Notes: generated by a model from the letters alone, not told the origin. A DNA stretch of 64,000 bases from Fidelibacterota bacterium (GCA_002707645.1 PANN01000009.1:1239-65238); one strand, 5' to 3'; positions 32,607 through 43,203 are shown, counted from the first letter of the stretch. Program-made: numbers and translations.

Positions 32607-33664
32607 TTATTAAATTTGAAATATAGTGCGAAGAAATTAATCATTTTTAAAATTTCTTTTATTTTAAATAAGAGACCACGATTATTTGACATTTCTCTAT
32701 GTTCAAATAAAAAAGAAATAAGCATTTTACTATTTTTTATTTTATCTGCTAGCATTGTAGATTCAGTGAATGGGACCATAGAGTCATTAGCACCATGCAT
32801 TATAAAAGTCTTGGTATGAATATTTTCTGCCCAATTTTTTGGAGAAAGATAGCTTAGTAGATCCTTGTTTTTTTCTATCATATCTAAAATCATATCTTTA
32901 ATTTTCTGGTCAATCTTTCCGTTTAAAATTTGATTAACCAGGTTTTTCTCTTCTTGATTAAGATCTCTTTTAATTTCTTCAACTTTATTATCGTTATCTT
33001 CGATTCGATATTTTAATAATAATGTTATTTTTTCTTTATTTAAATTTGTTTTAATAGTTTTGAAAAAATTATAAAAAATTACAATTGTACCCCATTCATG
33101 GGGCGTTATTTTATATAATTTATTTTGATAGTTTATCTCACCTGTTAGAAAAAAGTTTAATGCTGTTTCAATTGAATAATAAGTTCCATATGATAGAATT
33201 GATAATGGAGGATTGCTATTAAATTTATCTTCAAAGCTTGCCTTAAGTAAATTTGCACCACCGTAACTCATACCAACTACCATAACTCTACCATTAACTT
33301 TTGAATGTTGAAGTAATTGCTCGTAGCAATGGGAGAACCATTCAACATTATCTTTAACAATTAATAAGTTTTTTAAATTTGGTATCCTTGGTAAAAAAAC
33401 ATTATACCCAACATTGCGCAGTGCATTTGCAAGCATAATCATACCAGGATGATTTTCAGCGTAAGGTGAGGCACCAGGAAAAATAAATACAGATTGAGCA
33501 TTTTTATTCTTAGCATAAAAAACTCTTACAGTAGTTTCTTTGTGATCTAACCCTATATAATACTCATCTTTATATTTAATTGATTTAATATTGGCTTCAT
33601 TAAACTTAACAAGGTTTAATATATATCGTGTTGATTTGTAGTATGCTTTTATTGTATCAATCAT
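32603..33664 (-). CDS. Alpha/beta hydrolase
   Basis: GMSYGG nucleophile elbow and HGANDSMVP. The start was moved to the ATG at 33664 because the track start (33718) would overlap tRNA-Glu. Confidence 0.7.
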   Translation of the reverse strand: MIDTIKAYYKSTRYILNLVKFNEANIKSIKYKDEYYIGLDHKETTVRVFYAKNKNAQSVFIFPGASPYAENHPGMIMLANALRNVGYNVFLPRIPNLKNLLIVKDNVEWFSHCYEQLLQHSKVNGRVMVVGMSYGGANLLKASFEDKFNSNPPLSILSYGTYYSIETALNFFLTGEINYQNKLYKITPHEWGTIVIFYNFFKTIKTNLNKEKITLLLKYRIEDNDNKVEEIKRDLNQEEKNLVNQILNGKIDQKIKDMILDMIEKNKDLLSYLSPKNWAENIHTKTFIMHGANDSMVPFTESTMLADKIKNSKMLISFLFEHREMSNNRGLLFKIKEILKMINFFALYFKFNK

Positions 33665-33686
33665 TTCGAATATACAAGAAGGTTTG

Positions 33687-33758
33687 TAGCCCGTAGGAGA
33701 ATCGAACTCCTGTTGCATGGATGAAAACCATGAGTCCTAACCACTAGACGAACGGGCC
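33687..33758 (-). tRNA. tRNA-Glu (anticodon UUC), CCA not encoded
   Basis: Hand-folded cloverleaf. Acceptor GGCCCGT/ACGGGCT, D-stem GTCT/GGAC, anticodon stem CATGG/CCATG with loop TTTTCAT, T-arm AGGAG-TTCGATT-CTCCT, discriminator A. Confidence 0.9.
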
Positions 33759-33846
33759 GTAAATTATATCAAAATTTAAAGAGCTTACTATATGATTAAC
33801 AATAAATAAATAATTAATGAATAATTTTAATTAAATTATTAATATT

Positions 33847-35052
33847 ATGAATCAAAATATAAAATCAAAAAATATAGTTAGTAACTATGATTATATTATA
33901 TCAATTTTTTCTAATGATTGGCGTGGTAACTTCCCAGAATTATCAAATTTCTTTTATAAAAAATTTCAAATAAGCAGTACAACTGACACAGATATTATAG
34001 ATTCATATAAGTTTGATTGGTCAAATTTACCTGGAAATGCTTCAATTTTAGTACGTCCTAATAACATTAAAGAATGTTCTATCATTTTAAAGACATGCTA
34101 TAAATGCAATATTCCTGTTACAGTTTCTGCAGGTAGAACAAACTTAACTGGAAGTGCTACACCTAAAGAAGGATTGATACTATCAACAGTATTATTAAGA
34201 AGCCCATCTATTAAATTAGATATCAATAATCAGCATGTTTTATCTCCTGTTGGTATTCCATTAGAAAAATTAAGAAACGAAGTTCTAGATCTTTCAAATA
34301 ATACTTTATTTTATCCTGTAAATCCTACAAGTAGGTATGATGCATTGGTAGGTGGAACTTTAAGTTGTAACGCATCTGGTTTTATACCTGGTAATAAAGG
34401 AGCTACTAGATATTGGGTCAAAGAAATAGAATTTTTATTACCAAACGGTAATTATATACTAATTCAAAGAGGTCAATATTTTTCATCTAATTTTAAATTT
34501 ATTATTAAAGATGAATGGAAGAATATTCATTTGCCAATTCCAAATTATAAAAGGCCAGATATTAAAAATGCGAGTGGTCCTTATTCAAGCGAAAGTAAAA
34601 ATATTGATCTCATTGATTTGATTATTGGAAGTGAAGGTATTTTTGGATTAATTGTATCTTGTAAATTAGGTCTTTTAAAAAGGCCGAAAGAATATTTGAA
34701 CTTATTTCTACGATTAGAATCTGAAAATGAGGCACTTGATTTATATACTTATCTTTATAATTATTTTGATAAAGATATGAGTAAAGTTTTTGCATTAGAA
34801 TATTTTGGCCATAATTGTCAGAATTACATGAATCATAAAGATTTTTTATTTAATTCAGATAATCAAGTTGGACTATATATTAAAATTCCTATTTATAATC
34901 AATCAATTGAAAATAAAAGTATTGAATGGTTCGAAATATTAAAAAATTTTAATAATAAAATTAAATCAGAAGAAATCGTTGTCTTAAATGATAAAAAAAT
35001 ATGGAATTATTTTTTAAAGCAAGACATTCAATTCCTGATAATGCACTTGTGA
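33847..35052 (+). CDS. FAD-linked oxidase (GlcD / D-lactate dehydrogenase-like), N-terminal fragment; gene interrupted by a frameshift
   Basis: FAD_binding_4-type motifs VTVSAGRTNLTGSATP and IGSEGIFGLIV. Confidence 0.8.
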   Translation: MNQNIKSKNIVSNYDYIISIFSNDWRGNFPELSNFFYKKFQISSTTDTDIIDSYKFDWSNLPGNASILVRPNNIKECSIILKTCYKCNIPVTVSAGRTNLTGSATPKEGLILSTVLLRSPSIKLDINNQHVLSPVGIPLEKLRNEVLDLSNNTLFYPVNPTSRYDALVGGTLSCNASGFIPGNKGATRYWVKEIEFLLPNGNYILIQRGQYFSSNFKFIIKDEWKNIHLPIPNYKRPDIKNASGPYSSESKNIDLIDLIIGSEGIFGLIVSCKLGLLKRPKEYLNLFLRLESENEALDLYTYLYNYFDKDMSKVFALEYFGHNCQNYMNHKDFLFNSDNQVGLYIKIPIYNQSIENKSIEWFEILKNFNNKIKSEEIVVLNDKKIWNYFLKQDIQFLIMHL

Positions 35053-35447
35053 AAACTAAGACATTAAATGGGATTAGTATTATTACAGATACAATTGTTC
35101 CACCCCATAATTATAAACAATATTTATCTAAAGTACATTGTCTATTAAATAAAGAAAAAATTGAATATTTGCTTTTTGGACATTTAGGAGACTGCCATTT
35201 GCATTTTCATTTAATACCTGAAAAAAATCAAGAAGAGAAAGCAATTAGAGTATATGATATTTTAGTCGATTATGCTTCAGAACTTGGGGGTGTTTACTCA
35301 GCAGAACATGGGACGGGAAAACGAAAAAGATTAGACTTTAAGAAATGCTATGGTGAATCTGCTGTGCAAATGATTGTAAATTTAAAATCTAAATTAGATC
35401 CTAAATTTTTATTAAATAGAGGAAATATTATTCCATATGACACTTAA
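35001..35447 (+). CDS. FAD-linked oxidase, C-terminal fragment
   Basis: GHLGDCHLHFHL and YSAEHGTGKRK motifs of the FAD-oxidase C domain. It overlaps the N-terminal fragment across A7 (34993-34999) and T6 (35010-35015) runs. Confidence 0.8.
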   Translation: MELFFKARHSIPDNALVKTKTLNGISIITDTIVPPHNYKQYLSKVHCLLNKEKIEYLLFGHLGDCHLHFHLIPEKNQEEKAIRVYDILVDYASELGGVYSAEHGTGKRKRLDFKKCYGESAVQMIVNLKSKLDPKFLLNRGNIIPYDT

Positions 35448-36039
35448 AAAAATTAATAAATTAGATTTAGAAGATATCTATAAACGAGAGAAGAGGTATC
35501 TAGTTAAAGCCGTTGAAGACGGAAAGAGTCCTTATCATCTTTTTACACTCTCAACTATTAATGATGATTCTCCAGAATTAAGAATAGTTGTTTTAAGAAA
35601 AGTTAATATAAATCCTTTTAAATTATCTTTTAATTCTGATATAAGAAGTCCAAAAGCATATCAATTAAAAAACAATAAATACTGCAATGTCCTTTTTTAT
35701 GATTCAATTCGGAGAATCCAAATGAGATTTAAATGCCTTATTACAATTAATCATAAAAATAATATTTCTCAAGAAGTATGGAATCAAACAGCATTACAAA
35801 GTAGAAAATGTTATATGGGTCCACATAGCCCTACCTCTATATTGGAAGCATGGCATCCTAATCTACCAATTGACTGTATTGAAAGAGATCCGAGCGAAGA
35901 AGAAAGTCAATCAGGTTATAAAAATTTTATGAATATTGAGTTAGAGATTATTAAAGCTGATATTTTAGAATTACATTATAATGGGCATATTAGATTTGAA
36001 GTTTTAAAAAATGATAAAATTAATTTTTTAAGTGCCTAG
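35437..36039 (+). CDS. Pyridoxamine 5'-phosphate oxidase-like FMN-binding protein
   Basis: Split-barrel pattern RIVVLRKV..., ...[15 protein letters not shown], and a C-terminal [13 protein letters not shown] resembling the PNPOx C-terminus. Confidence 0.5.
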   Translation: MTLKKINKLDLEDIYKREKRYLVKAVEDGKSPYHLFTLSTINDDSPELRIVVLRKVNINPFKLSFNSDIRSPKAYQLKNNKYCNVLFYDSIRRIQMRFKCLITINHKNNISQEVWNQTALQSRKCYMGPHSPTSILEAWHPNLPIDCIERDPSEEESQSGYKNFMNIELEIIKADILELHYNGHIRFEVLKNDKINFLSA

Positions 36040-36392
36040 TAATTATTAGTATCAGGATTTTTTCTATTTTTCTTTTTTTCTGCATGATACTTTTTAGCTA
36101 ATAAACGTTTTTCTATAGAGCCTCTAGTTGGCCTGGTCTTAATTCTTTTAGGAGGTCTATAATTATTTTTTTTTATTCTTCGACGAAGCTCTTTGATGCA
36201 TTTAATTTTATTTAGGTATTGGCTTCTTTCATCTTGACACATTACTTGAACACCAGATTTTAGATGTGTTAATCTTACAGCAGATTCAGTTTTATTTGCA
36301 TGTTGTCCACCTTTACCACTTGATCTAAATGTTTCTATTTTACATTCAGACAAAAGTAAATCATCAGTATCAGGTATATTTATAAAACTCAA
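36036..36392 (-). CDS. arfB: Alternative ribosome-rescue factor ArfB (peptidyl-tRNA hydrolase, GGQ)
   Basis: [23 protein letters not shown] motif plus a basic C-terminal tail. ~118 aa. Confidence 0.88.
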   Translation of the reverse strand: MSFINIPDTDDLLLSECKIETFRSSGKGGQHANKTESAVRLTHLKSGVQVMCQDERSQYLNKIKCIKELRRRIKKNNYRPPKRIKTRPTRGSIEKRLLAKKYHAEKKKNRKNPDTNNY

Positions 36393-36405
36393 ATTATTTA
36401 ATTTC

Positions 36406-37161
36406 TTATGAATTGTTCCTTAGATGATTCATTACAATGCCACTAGCTACAGATACATTAAGACTTTCAAGCTGACCAAATTTTTTAATTGTTATTTGTT
36501 TAAATTGTTTAAAATCACTTTTAATACCATGAGCTTCAGATCCTAATATTAGAGCCCAATTCCCATTAGATTTAATTTTATTTAAATTCTCACCTTGCAT
36601 ATCAGCAACATATATATTTTTATAATTATTTTTCAAATAATTAATAATATTTAAATAATCATCTTGTATAATATTATTTAAATAAAAGTGTGCTCCCATT
36701 GCTGAACGCATACATTTCAAATTAAATGGATCAACAGTATTGTGAGTTAAAGCAATAGAATTAACCCCATACCAAACACTTGTTCTCATAATTGTTCCTA
36801 AATTTCCAGGGTCCTGGATTCCATCTAGAATAACTAAATTATTATTCTTAATCTCATCTAATGATTGATTAGAATACTTTTTAATATCTGCTACAGCTAT
36901 AATACCTTGCGAATTTTTCGTATCTGATATTTTATGAAAATTATTTTTACTACAATATTTAATGCTTTGATTTCTAAATTGCTTTTGATTTAATAAATCA
37001 CTCTCAAAATTTTCAATCACAATTATATAGTCTATTTTAATACCAGCATTAATAGATTCACAAATCAATCTAAAGCCTTCTAAAATAACTTTTTTATCTA
37101 AACGTCTGTTTTTTTTTAATCTAAGAGAACGAATAAATTTTATTGTATTTATACCAATCAT
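36406..37161 (-). CDS. TrmH/SpoU-family RNA 2'-O-methyltransferase (RlmB-like)
   Basis: SpoU motifs [18 protein letters not shown] and LNVSVASGI. Confidence 0.85.
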   Translation of the reverse strand: MIGINTIKFIRSLRLKKNRRLDKKVILEGFRLICESINAGIKIDYIIVIENFESDLLNQKQFRNQSIKYCSKNNFHKISDTKNSQGIIAVADIKKYSNQSLDEIKNNNLVILDGIQDPGNLGTIMRTSVWYGVNSIALTHNTVDPFNLKCMRSAMGAHFYLNNIIQDDYLNIINYLKNNYKNIYVADMQGENLNKIKSNGNWALILGSEAHGIKSDFKQFKQITIKKFGQLESLNVSVASGIVMNHLRNNS

Positions 37162-37910
37162 TTGAATTCCATAACAATGGGAGCATGGTCTGAGCCTAGA
37201 ACATTTTTAAGGATATATGAATCTTTTAATTTTTCTTTTAATGAATCAGAAATACAAAAGTAATCAATTCTCCATCCAATATCTCGAACCCTTGCCTGAA
37301 ACATATAACTCCACCAGGTATAATGCCCTCCTTCTTTATTAAACTCTCTAAAAGTATCTATGAAACCATTATTTACGATATTTGAAAATCCATTTCTTTC
37401 TTCATCTGTGAAACCTGGATTTGAGTGGTTTGTTTTTGGATTTTTCAAATCAATTTCTGTATGTGCTACATTTAGATCTCCACAAAATATAACAGGTTTT
37501 TTTTCTTCAAGGTTTTTTATAAACTTGAAAAAATCTTTATCCCATACTTTTCTATAATCTAGACGCAATAATTCACGTTTTGAATTTGGTGTATAGACTG
37601 TAACTAAGTAATATTCTTTAAATTCTAAAGTTATTACTCTTCCTTCTTGATCATGCTTTTCAATACCTATATCATTTATAATGTTAAGTGGTTCTTTTTT
37701 AGAAAAAATAGCAGTACTGGAATATCCTTTTTTAACTGCAGAATTCCAATATTGATAAGGATAGTTTGGAAGGACTAAATCAACTTGCTCTTTATGTGCT
37801 TTTGTCTCCTGAATACAAATAATATCTGGATTATACTCATTCATAAACTCATAAAATCCTTTTTTAATTACAGCCCTAATACCATTTACATTCCAAGATA
37901 TGAATTTCAA
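37158..37910 (-). CDS. xth: Exodeoxyribonuclease III
   Basis: MKFISWNVNGIRA, CIQETK, GDLNVAH and SDHAP motifs. Confidence 0.93.
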   Translation of the reverse strand: MKFISWNVNGIRAVIKKGFYEFMNEYNPDIICIQETKAHKEQVDLVLPNYPYQYWNSAVKKGYSSTAIFSKKEPLNIINDIGIEKHDQEGRVITLEFKEYYLVTVYTPNSKRELLRLDYRKVWDKDFFKFIKNLEEKKPVIFCGDLNVAHTEIDLKNPKTNHSNPGFTDEERNGFSNIVNNGFIDTFREFNKEGGHYTWWSYMFQARVRDIGWRIDYFCISDSLKEKLKDSYILKNVLGSDHAPIVMEFK

Positions 37911-37977
37911 CTTTTATTCTCCTATTTTAATATTTACTATTAAGATTAATGGGATATGTTTTGCAATATGTTTGGTT

Positions 37978-39225
37978 TTAAAAATACGATTCTATTTTAT
38001 TAAGACTAACGTAGTCCTGGTTTCCGCTATCCATATTTTTTATAGCTATTTTATCATTCTTAATTTCATCTTCACCAATTATTATGGTATAACATGCATT
38101 TAATCTATTAGCATCTTTCATCTGAGACTTTAAGCTTCTTCTTAGCATGTCATTTATAACAACTAAATTTTTAGATCTTAAGGATTCTGAAATCTTAAAA
38201 CTATGTGATAAATATGTATCATCAGTTATTATAATATAAATATCTGGTCTTTTAGAAAGTGATAATTCTTTCTCGTTTAATGCCAATATAAGTCGTTCAA
38301 TTCCAGCTGCGAATCCAAAAGCCGGTGTTGCTTTACCACCTAATTCTTCAATTAAATAATCATATCTTCCCCCTCCACACAAAGCATCTTGAGAACCAAG
38401 ATTAATACTTTGTATTTCGAATACTGTACGACAGTAATAATCAAGCCCTCTTACTAGTTTATTATCTACAATATATTTAATTGAAAGTGAATCTAATAAT
38501 TCTAAGACTTTTGAAAAATGTTTTTTGTCAGACTGATTAAGAAAATCAATTATAGGTGGAATATTTTTAATAATTTCTAGTTCAAAATCAATTTTGGTAT
38601 CCAATATTCTTAAAGGATTTGTTTCTAATCTTTTTTGACTGATTTTACTTAATTTATCCTTATAAGGTATCAAGTATTTTTTTAACGCTTCTTTATATTT
38701 TATTCTAACTTCAGGTGAACCGATACTATTAATTTTTAAGGTTAAATTCTTAATATTTAAACCTTTATAAAAATTGTATGCCAAAGCAATTATCTCAGCA
38801 TCTTGTTCTGGGTACTTAGAGCCAATTGCTTCAACTCCAAATTGATTAAATTGCCTAAACCTTCCTTTTTGAGGTCTTTCTCTCCTGAATAAAACATCGA
38901 TGTAGTAAAGCTTATTGATTGGATTTTTTTTACCTAATTTATGCTGTATATATGATCTTGCAACAGAAGCTGTCGCTTCTGGTTTTAAGGTAAGATTATT
39001 ATTTCCCTGATCTACCCAGCTATACATTTCTTTTGATACAATATCAGTCTGAGTACCAATAGATCTAGTAAATAAATTAGTATTTTCAAAGATTGGAGTC
39101 CTGATTTGAGAAAAACCATATTTATTTAAAAATTTATGAATTGTTAATTCTAAATACTGCCATATATTATTATCTTCAAATAATATATCTTGTGTTCCCT
39201 TAATATTTTTTAATGGTTCTGGCAT
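37978..39225 (-). CDS. hisS: Histidyl-tRNA synthetase
   Basis: KGTQDILF, the class II motifs (LRPE-type TLKPEATAS, RRERPQKGRFRQFNQ) and GGGRYD. The start was set to the ATG at 39225 (MPEPLKNIKG), just after the upstream stop. The track ORF extends to 39264. Confidence 0.93.
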   Translation of the reverse strand: MPEPLKNIKGTQDILFEDNNIWQYLELTIHKFLNKYGFSQIRTPIFENTNLFTRSIGTQTDIVSKEMYSWVDQGNNNLTLKPEATASVARSYIQHKLGKKNPINKLYYIDVLFRRERPQKGRFRQFNQFGVEAIGSKYPEQDAEIIALAYNFYKGLNIKNLTLKINSIGSPEVRIKYKEALKKYLIPYKDKLSKISQKRLETNPLRILDTKIDFELEIIKNIPPIIDFLNQSDKKHFSKVLELLDSLSIKYIVDNKLVRGLDYYCRTVFEIQSINLGSQDALCGGGRYDYLIEELGGKATPAFGFAAGIERLILALNEKELSLSKRPDIYIIITDDTYLSHSFKISESLRSKNLVVINDMLRRSLKSQMKDANRLNACYTIIIGEDEIKNDKIAIKNMDSGNQDYVSLNKIESYF

Positions 39226-39227
39226 AT

Positions 39228-39707
39228 TTACAAACTTTTTTTTAATAAATAATCGTTTTCCCAAGTTTGTATTAAATCAAGAACATCTATATTTGAGCTA
39301 CATTCTAATATTTTAGTTTTCATATTAATTGCGTTAATAAACTTTTGAAATCTTTTAATTAATTTTCTATGTAAAATAGGATTATCTAATGTATCTAAAA
39401 TTAATAAAATAAAATGAACTTTTTGTTGATCAGGTGATTTGTAATCTATACCTTTAATTGATACACCTAAAATTGATGTTAAATCCGTTACTTCAGTTGA
39501 AATAGAATAATGAAAAGCAATCCCACGCCCGGTTGCTGGATTCATGATTTTTTCATGCTCATTAATAAATGAAAAAAGTTTTTTTGTATCTGTTAATATT
39601 TTTTGATTTAATAATTGGTTTAATAATACTTGAACAGCATCTGGCTTGCTTGAGCTTGTTAAAGGAAAAATAATTGTTTCTTTGTTTAATTTATCTGTTA
39701 AATTCAT
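39228..39707 (-). CDS. PTS EIIA type-2 (PtsN-like) domain protein
   Basis: Overall PtsN-like layout: ...KPDAVQVLL..., GRGIAFHYS at the phospho-His position, then VHFILLIL. Confidence 0.5.
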   Translation of the reverse strand: MNLTDKLNKETIIFPLTSSSKPDAVQVLLNQLLNQKILTDTKKLFSFINEHEKIMNPATGRGIAFHYSISTEVTDLTSILGVSIKGIDYKSPDQQKVHFILLILDTLDNPILHRKLIKRFQKFINAINMKTKILECSSNIDVLDLIQTWENDYLLKKSL

Positions 39708-39714
39708 ACTAATT

Positions 39715-41217
39715 TTAATTTATGTTAAATTGTCGATTTGATGATGAAGAGCGCACCTTCACGTCCTGCAAATCTGGATGTTTAACATTAATACTTAATT
39801 GAAAACCTTTACTAAAACCATTGGGCCACCATGTAAACATAAATTCCCAACAATGTAATTCTCTATAAAATTTAAGACTTTGAGAGTTAATTTTCATATC
39901 AATTAAATTAATACCCGATATATAAGTAAATAACCAATTTTTTGTTAAATGGATGGTATTATAGGAATCCAAATTAAAATAATTAAAATCCCATTTCTCT
40001 TCTTCTATATCATATTCACCTTGAATTGATAAGTTTATATCTGAACGCCAAACCTCATCATTATTTATTTTAGGTTTAAATTGGTCCATAGATAAAATTG
40101 AATTGAAATTTGTTGTATCTTTTTGCTCGGAACTTAAAGATATATCATCATATATGTTTTTCGATATTCCTCGAAGAGAAAATCTAGTTGACATTTGTGC
40201 CTTTAAAAACTCAAGCTTTGGTGATTTACCTTTGGATAATAAATTTGTATAGGATATTGTACCATCTTCATTGTTTATCTCATCATATATATTATGCTGC
40301 ATATGAATGAAAAATAATTCGCCTCCATTATCTTTTTTAAAACTCCATCTAGAATCGATTAATGAAAATTTATTTTCTGCATTATTGTCATAATCAGTAG
40401 TCATATCAATATTCAAAAAATCTCTTTTATTAATATCTCCATTATTATTTTTTGTCTTTATTTGAAAAGCATTGGATAGTGAAAATCTAATTTTTTGACT
40501 TTCTTCGTAAAGCGAATTAGCATAAGTTCCCTCTAAGATATCTTTTGAAATAATACTTCCATTTTCTTCAAATTTTTGCAATTGGCTATTGTATGTATTT
40601 TTTAGATTAGGAATATAGTTGATTATAATTTGTGGACTTACTTTATGCCTTAAAGAAATAAGACTGCCTACATTAAGTGGCAAAATACCATAAATTTTAG
40701 TATTTAAATTGATTGAAGCGTTCCACGTCAATCTTCTATTAAAATCTGAATTATTATCATATTCATAACTATAAATATTATCTGTATTAGATTGTGAATA
40801 ATCTCTAGACTGCCATAACCAATCTTCAATTATAGTAAATCTTGGTGTTATTGATAACCAATTAAGATTTGAATTCATTGATAATTGGATAATATTTTTT
40901 GCTCCCCCTTTAACTAAATCGATTTCATCACTATTTGACCAAATAATTTCTCCCCCCTCATTTAGCTCGTCGCCATCTTCATTGTTGCATAAACCATCTA
41001 TATTATTATCTACGCAAGAATTTTTAATATAAGTTTCTTTACCATGATCGTAAGATAGATTATAAGATAAATAAATATCGTTAAACCAGCTATCCCCATT
41101 ACCCAGTAACTTTCTTTGAGGTAATGAAAATGATATTTTAGGACCTGTTAACCATTTATATGAATTTATTTGATTATTTTGAGTAGGAGAAGCAACATAT
41201 AAATCTTCATACTCTCT
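39715..41217 (-). CDS. lptD: LPS-assembly protein LptD-like, C-terminal fragment (the frame is open from 41217; the track ATG at 40878 is internal)
   Basis: Beta-barrel-like alternating sequence ending ...RSSSSNRQFNIN. The frame is open upstream of the first ATG and overlaps the end of 41166..43016. Confidence 0.7.
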   Translation of the reverse strand, partial: REYEDLYVASPTQNNQINSYKWLTGPKISFSLPQRKLLGNGDSWFNDIYLSYNLSYDHGKETYIKNSCVDNNIDGLCNNEDGDELNEGGEIIWSNSDEIDLVKGGAKNIIQLSMNSNLNWLSITPRFTIIEDWLWQSRDYSQSNTDNIYSYEYDNNSDFNRRLTWNASINLNTKIYGILPLNVGSLISLRHKVSPQIIINYIPNLKNTYNSQLQKFEENGSIISKDILEGTYANSLYEESQKIRFSLSNAFQIKTKNNNGDINKRDFLNIDMTTDYDNNAENKFSLIDSRWSFKKDNGGELFFIHMQHNIYDEINNEDGTISYTNLLSKGKSPKLEFLKAQMSTRFSLRGISKNIYDDISLSSEQKDTTNFNSILSMDQFKPKINNDEVWRSDINLSIQGEYDIEEEKWDFNYFNLDSYNTIHLTKNWLFTYISGINLIDMKINSQSLKFYRELHCWEFMFTWWPNGFSKGFQLSINVKHPDLQDVKVRSSSSNRQFNIN

Positions 41218-43016
41218 TCAAAGCCAATAGAAAGAGAGTTTTTTTCCCATCTTTTTTGATATGATAAAGAAGATAATTTATTTTGATCTAATCGTGAATT
41301 TAAATTTATTTCTTTAGGATCTAAAGACGATTTATATTTATAATTTATAATTACATTTTGAGTTGGGTCAAATGATTGTTTGTGAAAAAAAGTTATATTT
41401 TTAATCTTTTGAGAATTATTTGAAAATAAATTTGATATATCTTCATCATTATCAGCTAAATAGTTTTTTGTTTCATATTTCATGTAACCTTCTAGCATGT
41501 AATTATACCATGATTCTCCAGATCTAATTTTATATCTATATTCATGATTAGCTATAATTCCTTTTTTATCTTGAATATCAAATAAGAATGTGTAATCTGA
41601 ATAATTGTTAAGAACATAATAGTACCCTAAATTATCTAAGTATGTTCCCGTTGAAGATCTATGTCCAAAAGTTGGCATAATCCAACCGCTAATTCTATCT
41701 CCATTTTTATTGGGGAAAACAGCAAATGGTAAATAAAAAATTGGTAAATCTCGTATATATAAAGTCATTGGTTTAGCAATGATTCTATCATTAGGAATCA
41801 TTTTCATTTGGTTACTATGAAAATAATAATGTGGGTGATCAAGCTCACAAGTTGTAAACAGACTATTATTAATATAAAATAATTCGTTCTTGTCTTTTGT
41901 TAAAGTGTCTCCATTATAAAAACTTTGGTTGAAATTTGTTTTACCCTTTGTAATCTTTCCTTTTTTACTAATTAAATCAAATTCCATTTTTTCGCCAAAA
42001 ATAGGACTTTCACCAAATCCATTTATTGATGGATATACTGAGTCCTTAATCCTAGCTTCAAGCATGTTGTTTTCCCAGTCAATAAATATTTCATCTGCTT
42101 TTAGCTCATTGCTATCATAATTAACAAGGGAATTATCATATAAATAACTCACATCATTATATAATTGATAATCAATATAATTAGCCTGATAAATAACTGT
42201 TGAATCTACCCTGGAATTATTTAATTCTGGATTAAACTTTCCTTCTACTCCGCCATACATTTTCATTCTATTAATATTATTATTATTAATTTCAATTAAG
42301 ATTGAATCAGCAGAAGAAGAATTCGTACCAGTAACCAGAGTATCCTCTACAACATTAAACATCGTTGAAGCCATTCCTAATAATTGAATGTTATTAACTT
42401 CTCCATTATTAAAATCAATCATCATTTTTTTACTAGACATTTTATCTTCGATATTTTGATACTGGTTGGATGCATTAAACTTTGCTATTCTGTAATTAAA
42501 GAATTTAGCATTTGAATTTATATTAATATTATTAATTAATGAATCTTTATAGTTAATAATTAATGAGTCACCTTGAACTTTATTGGTTGAATCAACAATT
42601 TCCGCTGAACCAAATAATTCAATTTCAATATCATTATTTTTAGATAATTCTTCATAGAACAATTGTTCACATTTGATGAATTGATTTCCTTTATAAAATT
42701 TTATATTTCCAGTAGATTCAAAGTTTTTATAATCTCGGTCATATAAAATAAGCTTATCACAAAATAATGAATCATTATTATCAATCATCTTAACATCTCC
42801 AATTAAGGTGACTTTCTGTAAACTAGGTTCATAAATTGCTTTTGAAGTATATAAAATCATAGACTTATTATTAATAATTACATTATCATTAAAAATTCTT
42901 TTTTCGATATCATTTTCAATAATATTTTCTAAATAATTAGCGGAAAATTTTAGATTATTATTTGAGAAAATAATTGAAAATAATAGATATAGGTATAGAT
43001 AAGATTTTCGATTCAT
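41166..43016 (-). CDS. lptD: LPS-assembly protein LptD-like, N-terminal fragment (signal peptide, OstA-like repeats, start of barrel)
   Basis: Signal peptide and repeated OstA/LptA-like beta-jellyroll segments. The SGWIMPTFGHRSSTGTYLDNLGYYY motif is typical of LptD. Confidence 0.75.
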   Translation of the reverse strand: MNRKSYLYLYLLFSIIFSNNNLKFSANYLENIIENDIEKRIFNDNVIINNKSMILYTSKAIYEPSLQKVTLIGDVKMIDNNDSLFCDKLILYDRDYKNFESTGNIKFYKGNQFIKCEQLFYEELSKNNDIEIELFGSAEIVDSTNKVQGDSLIINYKDSLINNININSNAKFFNYRIAKFNASNQYQNIEDKMSSKKMMIDFNNGEVNNIQLLGMASTMFNVVEDTLVTGTNSSSADSILIEINNNNINRMKMYGGVEGKFNPELNNSRVDSTVIYQANYIDYQLYNDVSYLYDNSLVNYDSNELKADEIFIDWENNMLEARIKDSVYPSINGFGESPIFGEKMEFDLISKKGKITKGKTNFNQSFYNGDTLTKDKNELFYINNSLFTTCELDHPHYYFHSNQMKMIPNDRIIAKPMTLYIRDLPIFYLPFAVFPNKNGDRISGWIMPTFGHRSSTGTYLDNLGYYYVLNNYSDYTFLFDIQDKKGIIANHEYRYKIRSGESWYNYMLEGYMKYETKNYLADNDEDISNLFSNNSQKIKNITFFHKQSFDPTQNVIINYKYKSSLDPKEINLNSRLDQNKLSSLSYQKRWEKNSLSIGFEESMKIYMLLLLLKIIK

Positions 43017-43203
43017 TTATATCTTTTTACATTTTATAATTAATAAAGTTTCCTTTAATATTTATATACTAAATATACAAAGTATAGTTAATTATTATTA
43101 ATGTTACATTCTGTAAATATTAATTATTATTATTGTATCTAAATAAGCCATAATTTTTTAAATAATAGATTATTTTTAATTTTATAATTAAGGACTAACT
43201 TAA

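Noticed and set aside
33665-33718. Long N-terminal starts from the ORF track: hydrolase at 33718, atpD at 12581, hisS at 39264
   Set aside because: The extended starts overlap tRNA-Glu or the preceding gene and add non-conserved residues. Internal ATGs match family N-termini, and an RBS is evident for atpD.
37900-38103. 67-aa plus-strand ORF bridging the xth-hisS gap. Similar cases are 51975..52160 (-) and 53989..54201 (-) at gene boundaries.
   Set aside because: They overlap the ends of well-supported genes and are hydrophobic, AT-driven translations. No RBS or conservation argument supports them.
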